Both the position numbers and the translations under genes were made by a program. From Clostridia bacterium (GTDB lineage: Bacteria > Bacillota > Clostridia > Christensenellales > Aristaeellaceae), in the NCBI GenBank assembly GCA_030526225.1, contig JAUNDF010000022.1, positions 1 through 8,860 of the forward strand: 8,860 nucleotides of DNA, written 5' to 3'. The notes beneath the pieces are model-generated. The model saw only the letters and a list, made by a program, of their open reading frames with translations. It searched no databases and was not told where the DNA came from. Below are positions 1-6,174 of this stretch, piece after piece; the first letter of the stretch is position 1; each line of letters begins with the position of its first letter.

Positions 1-66
1 TCCTTTCGGAGAATATTTTTTTGCAGGGAGTGATTCCCTGAGGATACCCGAATTTTGGCAGGGGTT

Positions 67-107
67 TCGCTCTGCGGAGCGACCAGGGGCTTTCCGGTCG
101 CCCCTGG
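67..107. other. Two adjacent GC-rich stem-loops in the region 3' of gltX
   Basis: TCGCTC(67-72)/GAGCGA(77-82) with a 4-nt loop. CCAGGGGC(83-90)/GCCCCTGG(100-107) with a 9-nt loop. Neither has a U-tract on either strand, so they are not called terminators. Confidence 0.4.
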
Positions 108-208
108 ACCCTTCGGTGAACACCTTGGCCGAAGAACTTTATCATTGGCATGGCCTTACATCAACCGATAAGGCTGATGGATGAGGTCTCCGCCGCAGCG
201 GAAGGAGT

Positions 209-1654
209 TTACAGTCTTGCCAGACCGTCATCAATGCGGCGGAGGGTCTCCTCCTTGCCCAGCAGAGCGGCGTTCTCGAAGAAGCCGCCGGGGGTGTTGG
301 CCGTGCCGGTGATGGCAATGCGCAGGGGCCACAGCACGGTGCCGTTCTTCATGCCGGATTCGGCAATCACGGGCATCACAGTGTCGTGGATGACGGTTTC
401 ATCCCAGTTGTCGATGGCTGCCAGCACGGGCTTGTAGGTCTCCAGCACGGTCTTGGCCACCTCGGGGGTGCACTTGCTCTTCTTGTTGGTGTACAGGTCA
501 TTGCTGTACTCGGGCAGTGCGGCCAGATAGCCCACCATGGCGGGCAGCTCGTTGAACACCTGAATGCGGGTCTGCACCAGCTCGCTCAGGCGCTTGTAGT
601 TGATTTTGCTGCCGTCCAGCACCTGATCAAACCAGGGCTTGGCAATCTCCATAAACTTTTCGGGCGCCAGCTGCTTGATGTAGGTCTCGTTGAAGTAGTT
701 CAGCTTGGCCACATCAAAGATGCCGGGGGCATTGTTCAGGCGATGGATGTCAAAGGCATCCACCAGCTCATCGATGGTGAAGAACTCGCGGTCGTTGCCG
801 GGGTTCCAGCCCACCAGCACCAGATAGTTAATCAGCGCCTCGGTCAGGTAGCCCTTGTCCACAAAGTCGGAGTAGAAGGCATCGCCGTCGCGCTTACTCA
901 GCTTGTGCTGGGCATCGCGCATGACGGTGGTCAGGTGCACATAGGTGGGGATTTCCCAGCCGAAGGCATTGTACAGGTAGTTGTACTTGGGGGTGGAGGA
1001 CAGGTACTCCATGCCGCGCATCACGTGGGTGATGCCCATCAGGTGGTCATCAATCACGTTGGCGAAGTTGTAGGTGGGCATGCCGTCCTGCTTGATGAGC
1101 ACCATGTCATCCATGGTATCGGCATTGTGGAAGGTCATGTGGCCGAACACCACGTCATCGTAGCTGGTGTCACCCTCGGTGGGGGCATTCATCCGGATGA
1201 CGTAGGGGGTGCCGGCGGCCAGCTTGGCCTCAACCTCTTCCCTGGACAGGTGCAGGCACTGCTTGTCGTACTTCCACACGCCGCCCTGAGCCTTAAAGGC
1301 CTCCCGGCGCTCGTTCAGCTCGCATTCGGAGCAGAAGCAGTAGTAGGCGTGGCCGGATGCAATCAGCTGCTTGGCGTAGGGCAGGTACATGTCCTTGCGC
1401 TCGCTCTGGATGTAGGGGCCAACGGGACCGCCCACGTCGGGACCTTCGTCCCAGTCCATGCCGCAGCCCTTCAGGGTATCGTAGATAACCTCGGTGGCGC
1501 CTTCCACATAGCGCTCCTGGTCGGTATCCTCAATGCGCAGGATGAACTTGCCGCCGTTCTTCTTGGCGAACAGGTAATTATACAGCGCGGTGCGCAGGCC
1601 GCCCAGGTGCATAAAGCCCGTGGGGCTGGGTGCAAATCGCGTACGTACTTCCAT
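209..1654 (-). CDS. gltX: Glutamate--tRNA ligase (GluRS), class I
   Basis: 481-aa ORF. N-terminus RFAPSPTGFMHLGGLRTALYNY carries a HIGH-type motif, followed by RIEDTDQERY. KLSKRDG is a KMSKS-type motif. CFCSEC...YDKQCLH is a Cys-rich Zn-binding-like insertion as in bacterial GluRS. GGAGG SD (complement of 1663-1667) lies 8 nt before the ATG. Stop is TAA. Confidence 0.95.
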   Translation of the reverse strand: MEVRTRFAPSPTGFMHLGGLRTALYNYLFAKKNGGKFILRIEDTDQERYVEGATEVIYDTLKGCGMDWDEGPDVGGPVGPYIQSERKDMYLPYAKQLIASGHAYYCFCSECELNERREAFKAQGGVWKYDKQCLHLSREEVEAKLAAGTPYVIRMNAPTEGDTSYDDVVFGHMTFHNADTMDDMVLIKQDGMPTYNFANVIDDHLMGITHVMRGMEYLSSTPKYNYLYNAFGWEIPTYVHLTTVMRDAQHKLSKRDGDAFYSDFVDKGYLTEALINYLVLVGWNPGNDREFFTIDELVDAFDIHRLNNAPGIFDVAKLNYFNETYIKQLAPEKFMEIAKPWFDQVLDGSKINYKRLSELVQTRIQVFNELPAMVGYLAALPEYSNDLYTNKKSKCTPEVAKTVLETYKPVLAAIDNWDETVIHDTVMPVIAESGMKNGTVLWPLRIAITGTANTPGGFFENAALLGKEETLRRIDDGLARL

Positions 1655-1697
1655 GGTGATTTCCTCCGTTATTTGACGATATTTCGCAAAAACTCCC

Positions 1698-3386
1698 TCA
1701 CTTCACCTGCTTGGCAAAGGTATCCCGCAGGCCGACGGTGCGGTTGTACACGGGCATGTCGGGGGTGCTGTCGGCATCCTTGCAGAAGTAGCCGCTGCGC
1801 AGGAACTGGAAGGTGGTGCCCACCTCGCAGGCGGCGATGCAGGGCTCGGCGTAGCCGGTGCAAACGGTCAGGCTGTTGGGGTTCAGGCGGGCGATGAAGT
1901 CCTTCTTGTCGCGGTCCTCGCCGTCCTCTTCCTCCATTTCCTCATTGAGCAGGGGCTCGTACAGGCGGGCCTGGAAGGGGATGCAGTCCTCGGTGGAGAC
2001 CCAGTGCAATGTCTTGCCCTTGATCTTGCGGTCGGCACCGGCGCTGCCGGACAGGGTGTCGAAATCAACGGTGGCGTGGATTTCGGTCACATTGCCGTTT
2101 TCATCCTTCACGCAGCCCTCGCACTTGACGATGTATGCACCCTTCAGGCGCACCTCGTTGCCGGGGAACATGCGCTGGTACTTCTTCACAGGCACTTCCA
2201 TAAAGTCATCCTGCTCGATGTACAGTTCCTTGCCGAATTTCACCTTGCGGGTGCCCATTTCGGGATGGTCGGGGTGATTCTCCAGCTCCAGCTCCTTCAC
2301 TTCGCCTTCGGGCCAGTTGTCCAGCACCACCTTCACGGGGTTCATCACGGCCATGGCGCGGGGAGCCTTTTCGCCCAGATCCTCGCGGACGCAGTGCTCC
2401 AAAACGGCGGCATCCACGGTGGAATCAGCCTTGCTCATGCCAATCATATCCACAAAATTGCGGATGGCGGCGGCGGTGTAGCCGCGGCGGCGCATACCGC
2501 GCAGGGTGGGCATGCGGGGGTCATCCCAGCCGGAAACGTGGCCACCCTCCACCAGTGCGCGCAGGTAGCGCTTGGACATGATGGTGCGGGTGATGTTCAG
2601 GCGGGAGAACTCAATCTGACGGGGCTTGGCGGGCAGCATGTGGGCGCTCTTTTCCACCACCCAGTCATACAGGGGGCGGTGAATCTCAAACTCCAGGGAG
2701 CACATGGAATGGCTGATGCCCTCCAGCGCGTCGGAGATGGGATGGGCGTAGTCGTACATGGGATAGATGCACCACTTGTCGCCGGTGCGCCAGTGCTCCT
2801 TGTACACAATGCGGTACATGGCGGGGTCGCGCATGACCATGTTGGGGGAGGCCATGTCAATCTTCATGCGAAGGGTCTTGCTGCCTTCGGGGAATTCGCC
2901 GGCCTTCATGCGGCGGAACAGGTCGAGGCTCTCCTCCCAGGGGCGGTCGCGCCAGGGGCTGTTCTTGCCCGGCTCGGTGAGGGTGCCGCGGTATTCGCGC
3001 ATCTGGTCCTTGTCCAATTCATCCACATAAGCCAGACCGCGCTTGATCCAGTCCTCGGCGATTTCGTACAGCTTGTCGTAGTAATCGGAGGCATAGTACA
3101 GGCCGCCGGTGTATTCAAAGCCCAGCCAGTGGATGTCATCCTGGATGGCACGGACGTACTCCATGTCCTCCTTGGCGGGGTTGGTATCGTCAAAGCGGAG
3201 GTTGCAGAGGCCGCCGTACTTTTCGGCAGTCAAAAAGTCCATAATCAGGGCCTTGCAGTGGCCGATATGCATATAGCCGTTGGGCTCGGGAGGGAATCTG
3301 GTGTGAACCTGCGTGTAGCGGCCATCCTTCAGATCCTGCTCAATGGCGTCCCAGATAAAATTGCTCTTTACGGTCGTTTCTTCCAT
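1698..3386 (-). CDS. glnS: Glutamine--tRNA ligase (GlnRS), class I
   Basis: 562-aa ORF. RFPPEPNGYMHIGHCKA is the HIGH motif, followed by NLRFDDTNP. IMSKRYL is the KMSKS variant. Length and C-terminal anticodon-binding beta-barrel region are typical of bacterial GlnRS. AAAAGGAG SD lies upstream. Stop is TGA, only 43 nt before the gltX start, which implies co-transcription. Confidence 0.95.
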   Translation of the reverse strand: MEETTVKSNFIWDAIEQDLKDGRYTQVHTRFPPEPNGYMHIGHCKALIMDFLTAEKYGGLCNLRFDDTNPAKEDMEYVRAIQDDIHWLGFEYTGGLYYASDYYDKLYEIAEDWIKRGLAYVDELDKDQMREYRGTLTEPGKNSPWRDRPWEESLDLFRRMKAGEFPEGSKTLRMKIDMASPNMVMRDPAMYRIVYKEHWRTGDKWCIYPMYDYAHPISDALEGISHSMCSLEFEIHRPLYDWVVEKSAHMLPAKPRQIEFSRLNITRTIMSKRYLRALVEGGHVSGWDDPRMPTLRGMRRRGYTAAAIRNFVDMIGMSKADSTVDAAVLEHCVREDLGEKAPRAMAVMNPVKVVLDNWPEGEVKELELENHPDHPEMGTRKVKFGKELYIEQDDFMEVPVKKYQRMFPGNEVRLKGAYIVKCEGCVKDENGNVTEIHATVDFDTLSGSAGADRKIKGKTLHWVSTEDCIPFQARLYEPLLNEEMEEEDGEDRDKKDFIARLNPNSLTVCTGYAEPCIAACEVGTTFQFLRSGYFCKDADSTPDMPVYNRTVGLRDTFAKQVK

Positions 3387-3451
3387 AGCGCAATCGCTCC
3401 TTTTCTATCCGCGCGAACCCCGTAGGATACACTGCGCGGAGCGTACAGATT

Positions 3452-3480
3452 ATTATACCTTGAATCGAAAAAAAGTGCAA
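3452..3480 (-). promoter_or_regulatory. Sigma-70/SigA-type promoter for glnS-gltX
   Basis: Minus strand reads TTGCAC (3480-3475), a 17-nt spacer, then TATAAT (3457-3452). This sits about 65 nt upstream of the glnS ATG. Confidence 0.6.
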
Positions 3481-3482
3481 GC

Positions 3483-3505
3483 AAAAAGGCAGCCCGAAGG
3501 CCGCC
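3483..3505 (-). terminator. Intrinsic-terminator-like hairpin with no obvious upstream minus-strand gene
   Basis: Minus strand: GGCGGCC-TTCG-GGCTGCC, a 7-bp stem with one G-U and a tetraloop, followed by TTTTT. It directly abuts the -35 of the glnS promoter. Confidence 0.4.
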
Positions 3506-3559
3506 GGCGGGGGAGAAAAAGGGATTCATGAAAGGAATGCTGCCGCAAGCCTGTCCGCA

Positions 3560-3588
3560 TTGAAGAAAACAGCGGATTGTGGTATAAT
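3560..3588 (+). promoter_or_regulatory. Promoter for the DUF3791-like gene (extended -10)
   Basis: TTGAAG (3560-3565), a 17-nt spacer ending in TGg, then TATAAT (3583-3588). The predicted TSS near 3595 lies upstream of the GGGAGG SD (3612-3617). Confidence 0.55.
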
Positions 3589-3625
3589 AACGGCATCAAA
3601 AAACAGACAGCGGGAGGTGCGGCCG

Positions 3626-3850
3626 ATGAGTGAAGCGACAAGGAAAACAATCAATTATGTCGTAGCCTGTGTGGATGAATTTGCCCGCCGGAAAAAGATG
3701 ACCAGCCGGGCTGCATTTCTCTACCTGTATCAGTATCAGGGGCTGCAATTTCTGGAAGAATTCTACGATGTGGAGCATACGCTCTCCATGGAGGATGCGC
3801 TGGATGACCTGGAGCTGATTTGCCGCCGGAACGGAGGAAAGCTGCCCTGA
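3626..3850 (+). CDS. Small DUF3791-like protein (74 aa)
   Basis: Start placed at ATG 3626 (MSEATRK...). It lies 8 nt after GGGAGG and downstream of the predicted promoter, whereas the ORF-track start at 3560 lies inside the -35 box. The pattern VVACVDEFARR...LYQYQGLQFLEEFYDVEHTLSMEDALDDL matches my recollection of the DUF3791 family signature (Y..L.yL...Yd.lHt.s). Stop is TGA. Confidence 0.7.
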   Translation: MSEATRKTINYVVACVDEFARRKKMTSRAAFLYLYQYQGLQFLEEFYDVEHTLSMEDALDDLELICRRNGGKLP

Positions 3851-3875
3851 TTGCGCTTCATCTTCCGTGCGAGAG

Positions 3876-3927
3876 GACCTCATCCGTCACGCCGCAAGCG
3901 GCGCGCCACCTTCCCCAGCGGGGAAGG
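3876..3927 (+). repeat. Modular GC-hairpin repeat, copy 1
   Basis: GACCTCATCCG (3876-3886), then small hairpin CGCCGC-AA-GCGGCG (3890-3903), then CCTTCCCC-AGC-GGGGAAGG (3909-3927). No T-tract follows. Confidence 0.6.
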
Positions 3928-4044
3928 CACAGTAAGATTAGCTGTATTGATTGTATCCTCTTGCGAACATACAAATGAACATTTTGGTATTTGCGAACAA
4001 ACGAAAAGGAGCTGTGAAAAATAACTCTTCACAGCCCCTCACGA

Positions 4045-4087
4045 GACCTCTTCCGCCCCTTCGGGGCACCTTCCCCAGCGGGGAAGG
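4045..4087 (+). repeat. Modular GC-hairpin repeat, copy 2
   Basis: GACCTCTTCCG (4045-4055), then small hairpin GCCCC-TTC-GGGGC (4055-4067), then CCTTCCCC-AGC-GGGGAAGG (4069-4087). The core is identical to copy 1. Confidence 0.6.
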
Positions 4088-4092
4088 TTTTT
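4069..4092 (+). terminator. Rho-independent terminator (plus strand), formed by repeat copy 2
   Basis: Perfect 8-bp GC-rich stem with a 3-nt loop, followed by TTTTT (4088-4092). It is the first U-tailed hairpin downstream of the DUF3791-like gene. Confidence 0.6.
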
Positions 4093-4135
4093 AATTTGTC
4101 CAAAATTGCAACCATATGTGATAAGCAAACCGTGA

Positions 4136-4184
4136 CCTTCCCCTCTGGGGAAGGTGGCTGAGCGCAGCGAAGTCGGAAGAGGTC
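4136..4184 (-). repeat. Modular GC-hairpin repeat, copy 3 (inverted); possible weak terminator for the L,D-transpeptidase gene
   Basis: Minus strand reads GACCTCTTCCG (4184-4174), a variable GC segment with GCTG-AGCG-CAGC, then CACCTTCCCC-AGA-GGGGAAGG (4154-4136). It is followed on the minus strand by TCACGGTTTGCTT, a poor U-tract. Confidence 0.55.
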
Positions 4185-4235
4185 CTTCGGGAATTCATCC
4201 ATTCACTGCATTTTTCCCAGCCTCATTCTCTTCCC

Positions 4236-5969
4236 TCAAACTCCCTCCGTCGGTGCCGGGGTGGGTATCACCTCCGGCGTGGGCGTGGCCAGCACATCGG
4301 CGTAGAGCAGCTCCAGGGTCTTGACATTGGCGGTGCCGTTGACCTTCAGACCGTTGGCCTTCTGGAACTCCTTCACGGCGTTGACGGTGCCGTTGAGGTA
4401 AGTGCCGGAGCACTTGCCGGTGTAGTAGCCCAGCTCCTTCAGGCGGCACTGCATCCAGTAAACGGCCTCGGAGGAATCACCCTTGCGCAGGTCGGTCAGG
4501 GGCAGGGGAGGCAGCTTGCCGGGGATGTACTCCGGTGCCGCGGTGGGCACAGGAGTTTCGTAGGGGGTCATGGACTTGGTGTTCAGCGGCGGGGCCTGCA
4601 CGGAGGCCTTCAGCTCGGGATCGTCGGGGAGGTCCTCGGTAATCAGAATCGTGGTGCCCTTGCCGATGTTGTCGTACACCCACTTGGCATCGGCCACCAG
4701 CAGGCGGATGCAGCCGTGGCTGGCCCGGCGGCCCAGTGCCTTGTAGCTGGATACATTCATGGCCATGGTATCCACGGCGGTATAGCACACGGAGTGGAAG
4801 GCGATGGAGGAATTGATGCGGGTCCAGTACCGGGCATGACCGCCCCAGGTGGGGAAGTAGCACCAGTTGGCGCGGCGGCCGTTGGTGACGAATTCGCCCA
4901 GATCGCTGGGGTACTTCTTCGTGCCGGTGGAGCAGATCATCTCCCGGACCACCTTGGTATAATTACCGTTGTCATCCAGCCCGTACACGGTGGTAATCTG
5001 GTTGTTCACGTCCACCACCACGGTGTAGGGCACGGGGGTGGGGACCGGCGTGGGCTTGGGCGTATCCTGAGGCATCACCAGCTCTGCGGTGTTGAACAGC
5101 AAATCCCAGGTGGCCTCGCTGCAGATGCCCGTATCCTCCAGACCGTTCTGCTTCTGGAAGGTCTTCACGGCGTTGATGGTCTTGCTGAGGTAGTTGCCGC
5201 TGACGGGGCCGCTGTAGTAGCCCAAATCGGTCAGCCGCTGCTGAACCTGCTTGACCAGCTTGCCGCTGGAGCCACGGGCCAGCCGCTTGGTGTAAGGCAC
5301 ATCCATGACCTCCACCGGGTCGGAGGGGTCATGGGGCGCGGCGGTGGCCTTGGGGGCAGGGGTCAGGGACACGCCGTCATTCTTGCCGATGGCCTTGGCA
5401 TCGTAGAGGGCGTATTGGGTGTCCACGTCCGCCAAGCCGGTGGGCTCCAGGCCGTTCTTTTGCTGGAACTGGTTGATGGCGCTGCGGGTGCCCTCCAGAT
5501 AGCTGCCGCTGATTTTGCCGTGGTAGTAGCCCAGCTCGGTCAGCCGGGTCTGCATGCGCTTTACATCATCGCCGCTGGATTGGTACTGCCGGGGGCGGTA
5601 CATGGTGGCAAACAGCAGGGCGATGGTCTCCGTGTCGGCATCGCCGGTGACCTCCAGCCCGAAATCCTGCTGGAACTCCTTCACGGCGGCACGGGTGCCT
5701 TCCCGGTAATTGCCGGAAATCTTGCCGGTATAATAGTACAAATCGGTCAGCCGCTGCTGCAGCTCGGCCACATCCTCGCCCTCGTCACCATACTTCAGGT
5801 CGCGGGCATCCACGGTCAGCTCCTCAAAGCCGTCGTCATCCAGATTGTCCATGGGCTGGGCTTCGGCATCGGCGCTGTTGTCATCCATGGGCACGGCCTC
5901 CGTTTCGCCAAAGGCGGCGGCGGATGCCAGCAGGGCCAGCGCCAGCAGCAGAGCGGTCAGTTTCTTCAT
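4236..5969 (-). CDS. Secreted L,D-transpeptidase (YkuD domain) with four PG_binding_1 domains
   Basis: Start placed at ATG 5969 (MKKLTALLLALALLASAAAFG, a Sec-type signal peptide), 8 nt after GAGGTG. The ORF-track ATG at 6056 lies upstream of the predicted promoter. There are three N-terminal and one C-terminal peptidoglycan-binding repeats (G..G..V..LQ.RL..LGYY.G..SG.Y...T..AVK.FQ...GL..TG). The YkuD core (about 4641-5030) carries catalytic SHGCIRL, with the Cys codon at 4710-4712. Pro/Thr linkers separate the domains. Stop is TGA. Confidence 0.9.
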   Translation of the reverse strand: MKKLTALLLALALLASAAAFGETEAVPMDDNSADAEAQPMDNLDDDGFEELTVDARDLKYGDEGEDVAELQQRLTDLYYYTGKISGNYREGTRAAVKEFQQDFGLEVTGDADTETIALLFATMYRPRQYQSSGDDVKRMQTRLTELGYYHGKISGSYLEGTRSAINQFQQKNGLEPTGLADVDTQYALYDAKAIGKNDGVSLTPAPKATAAPHDPSDPVEVMDVPYTKRLARGSSGKLVKQVQQRLTDLGYYSGPVSGNYLSKTINAVKTFQKQNGLEDTGICSEATWDLLFNTAELVMPQDTPKPTPVPTPVPYTVVVDVNNQITTVYGLDDNGNYTKVVREMICSTGTKKYPSDLGEFVTNGRRANWCYFPTWGGHARYWTRINSSIAFHSVCYTAVDTMAMNVSSYKALGRRASHGCIRLLVADAKWVYDNIGKGTTILITEDLPDDPELKASVQAPPLNTKSMTPYETPVPTAAPEYIPGKLPPLPLTDLRKGDSSEAVYWMQCRLKELGYYTGKCSGTYLNGTVNAVKEFQKANGLKVNGTANVKTLELLYADVLATPTPEVIPTPAPTEGV

Positions 5970-6006
5970 CAACGGAATCACCTCAGAACATATCATTCCA
6001 TGATAT

Positions 6007-6035
6007 ATTGTAGCTTTCGCCGAGGCGGATTGCAA
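6007..6035 (-). promoter_or_regulatory. Promoter for the L,D-transpeptidase gene
   Basis: Minus strand reads TTGCAA (6035-6030), a 17-nt spacer, then TACAAT (6012-6007). This gives a leader of about 30 nt to ATG 5969. Confidence 0.6.
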
Positions 6036-6114
6036 GGGGGGAAGAAGAATTTGCATTTATGACGAAAAACCGCCTTTTTCCCCGGTTTCATCTGTTCCAT
6101 TTCCGGCGAAAATA

Positions 6115-6123
6115 TGGTATGAT
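6115..6123 (+). promoter_or_regulatory. Extended -10 element (TGgTATGAT) upstream of the ABC-F gene
   Basis: TG at 6115-6116 and TATGAT at 6118-6123. The -35 is poor (TTCCAT region 6094-6099). This gives a leader of about 45 nt to ATG 6175, with AGGAG SD at 6165-6169. Confidence 0.4.
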
Positions 6124-6174
6124 GTTAAACGGCAATCTATGCAATAACGACCAAAAGAAGAAACAGGAGCAAGA

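Noticed and set aside
1-22. Possible 3' half of a plus-strand terminator (TCC-TTTC-GGA then a run of 7 T at 16-22)
   Set aside because: The stem, if any, is cut by the window edge and only 3 bp are visible, so it cannot be supported from this window alone.
179-188. 10-mer GGATGAGGTC, the reverse complement of GACCTCATCC at 3876-3885, as a fourth copy of the hairpin repeat
   Set aside because: A single 10-mer match is expected by chance many times in an 8.9-kb window. The module order relative to the adjacent hairpin also differs from the 3876-4184 copies.
150-437. 95-aa plus-strand ORF overlapping the gltX 3' end
   Set aside because: It overlaps gltX antisense, has no SD, and has an Arg/Ser/Pro-biased composition.
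386-1897. 503-aa plus-strand ORF antisense to gltX and glnS
   Set aside because: Gly/Ala/Val/His/Gln-rich low-complexity translation with no recognisable motifs. It fully overlaps two strongly supported synthetase genes and even crosses their intergenic gap, which is typical of a GC-rich shadow ORF.
2004-3425. 473-aa plus-strand ORF antisense to glnS, plus the small ORFs at 1669-1863, 1858-2277, 1883-2068, 2597-2860, 2767-3030 and 2906-3193
   Set aside because: All lie inside glnS in other frames or on the other strand. Their compositions are Arg/Pro/Ala- or Gly/Ala/Val-biased, and they have no SD or motifs.
3560-3625. Longer start (ATG 3560) for the DUF3791-like gene
   Set aside because: ATG 3560 has no SD and overlaps the predicted -35 box. 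ATG 3626 has GGGAGG 8 nt upstream and lies downstream of the promoter.
3387-3625. T-box riboswitch leader for glnS
   Set aside because: No T-box consensus or specifier-loop architecture is visible on the minus strand. The consensus promoter leaves only about 60 nt of leader, and the only terminator-like hairpin lies upstream of that promoter.
3453-3650. 65-aa minus-strand ORF and an 11-aa plus-strand mini-ORF (3528-3563) in the glnS/DUF3791 intergenic region
   Set aside because: Neither has a convincing SD. The 65-aa ORF runs through two promoters and a terminator, and the mini-ORF has poor SD spacing. I found no supporting features.
3964-3999. LexA (Cheo-box-like) site suggested by CGAACAT...GAACAT
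   Set aside because: The GAAC units are direct repeats, not the inverted CGAAC-N4-GTTCG arrangement, so there is no palindrome.
3975-4094. 39-aa ORF (MNILVFANKRKGAVKNNSSQPLTRPLPPLRGTFPSGEGF) in the repeat region
   Set aside because: It has no SD, and its C-terminal half is simply the translation of the GC hairpin repeat. This is probably the kind of spurious hypothetical protein such repeats generate.
5970-6056. Longer start (ATG 6056) for the L,D-transpeptidase
   Set aside because: It would add 29 residues ahead of a perfect signal peptide, and it lies upstream of the TTGCAA-17-TACAAT promoter. ATG 5969 has a GAGGTG SD.
4716-6062. 448-aa plus-strand ORF antisense to the L,D-transpeptidase gene, plus 4195-4449 and 4477-4863 on the minus strand
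   Set aside because: Shadow or alternate-frame ORFs of a gene with clear domain content. Their sequences are low-complexity and G/A/V/H-rich.
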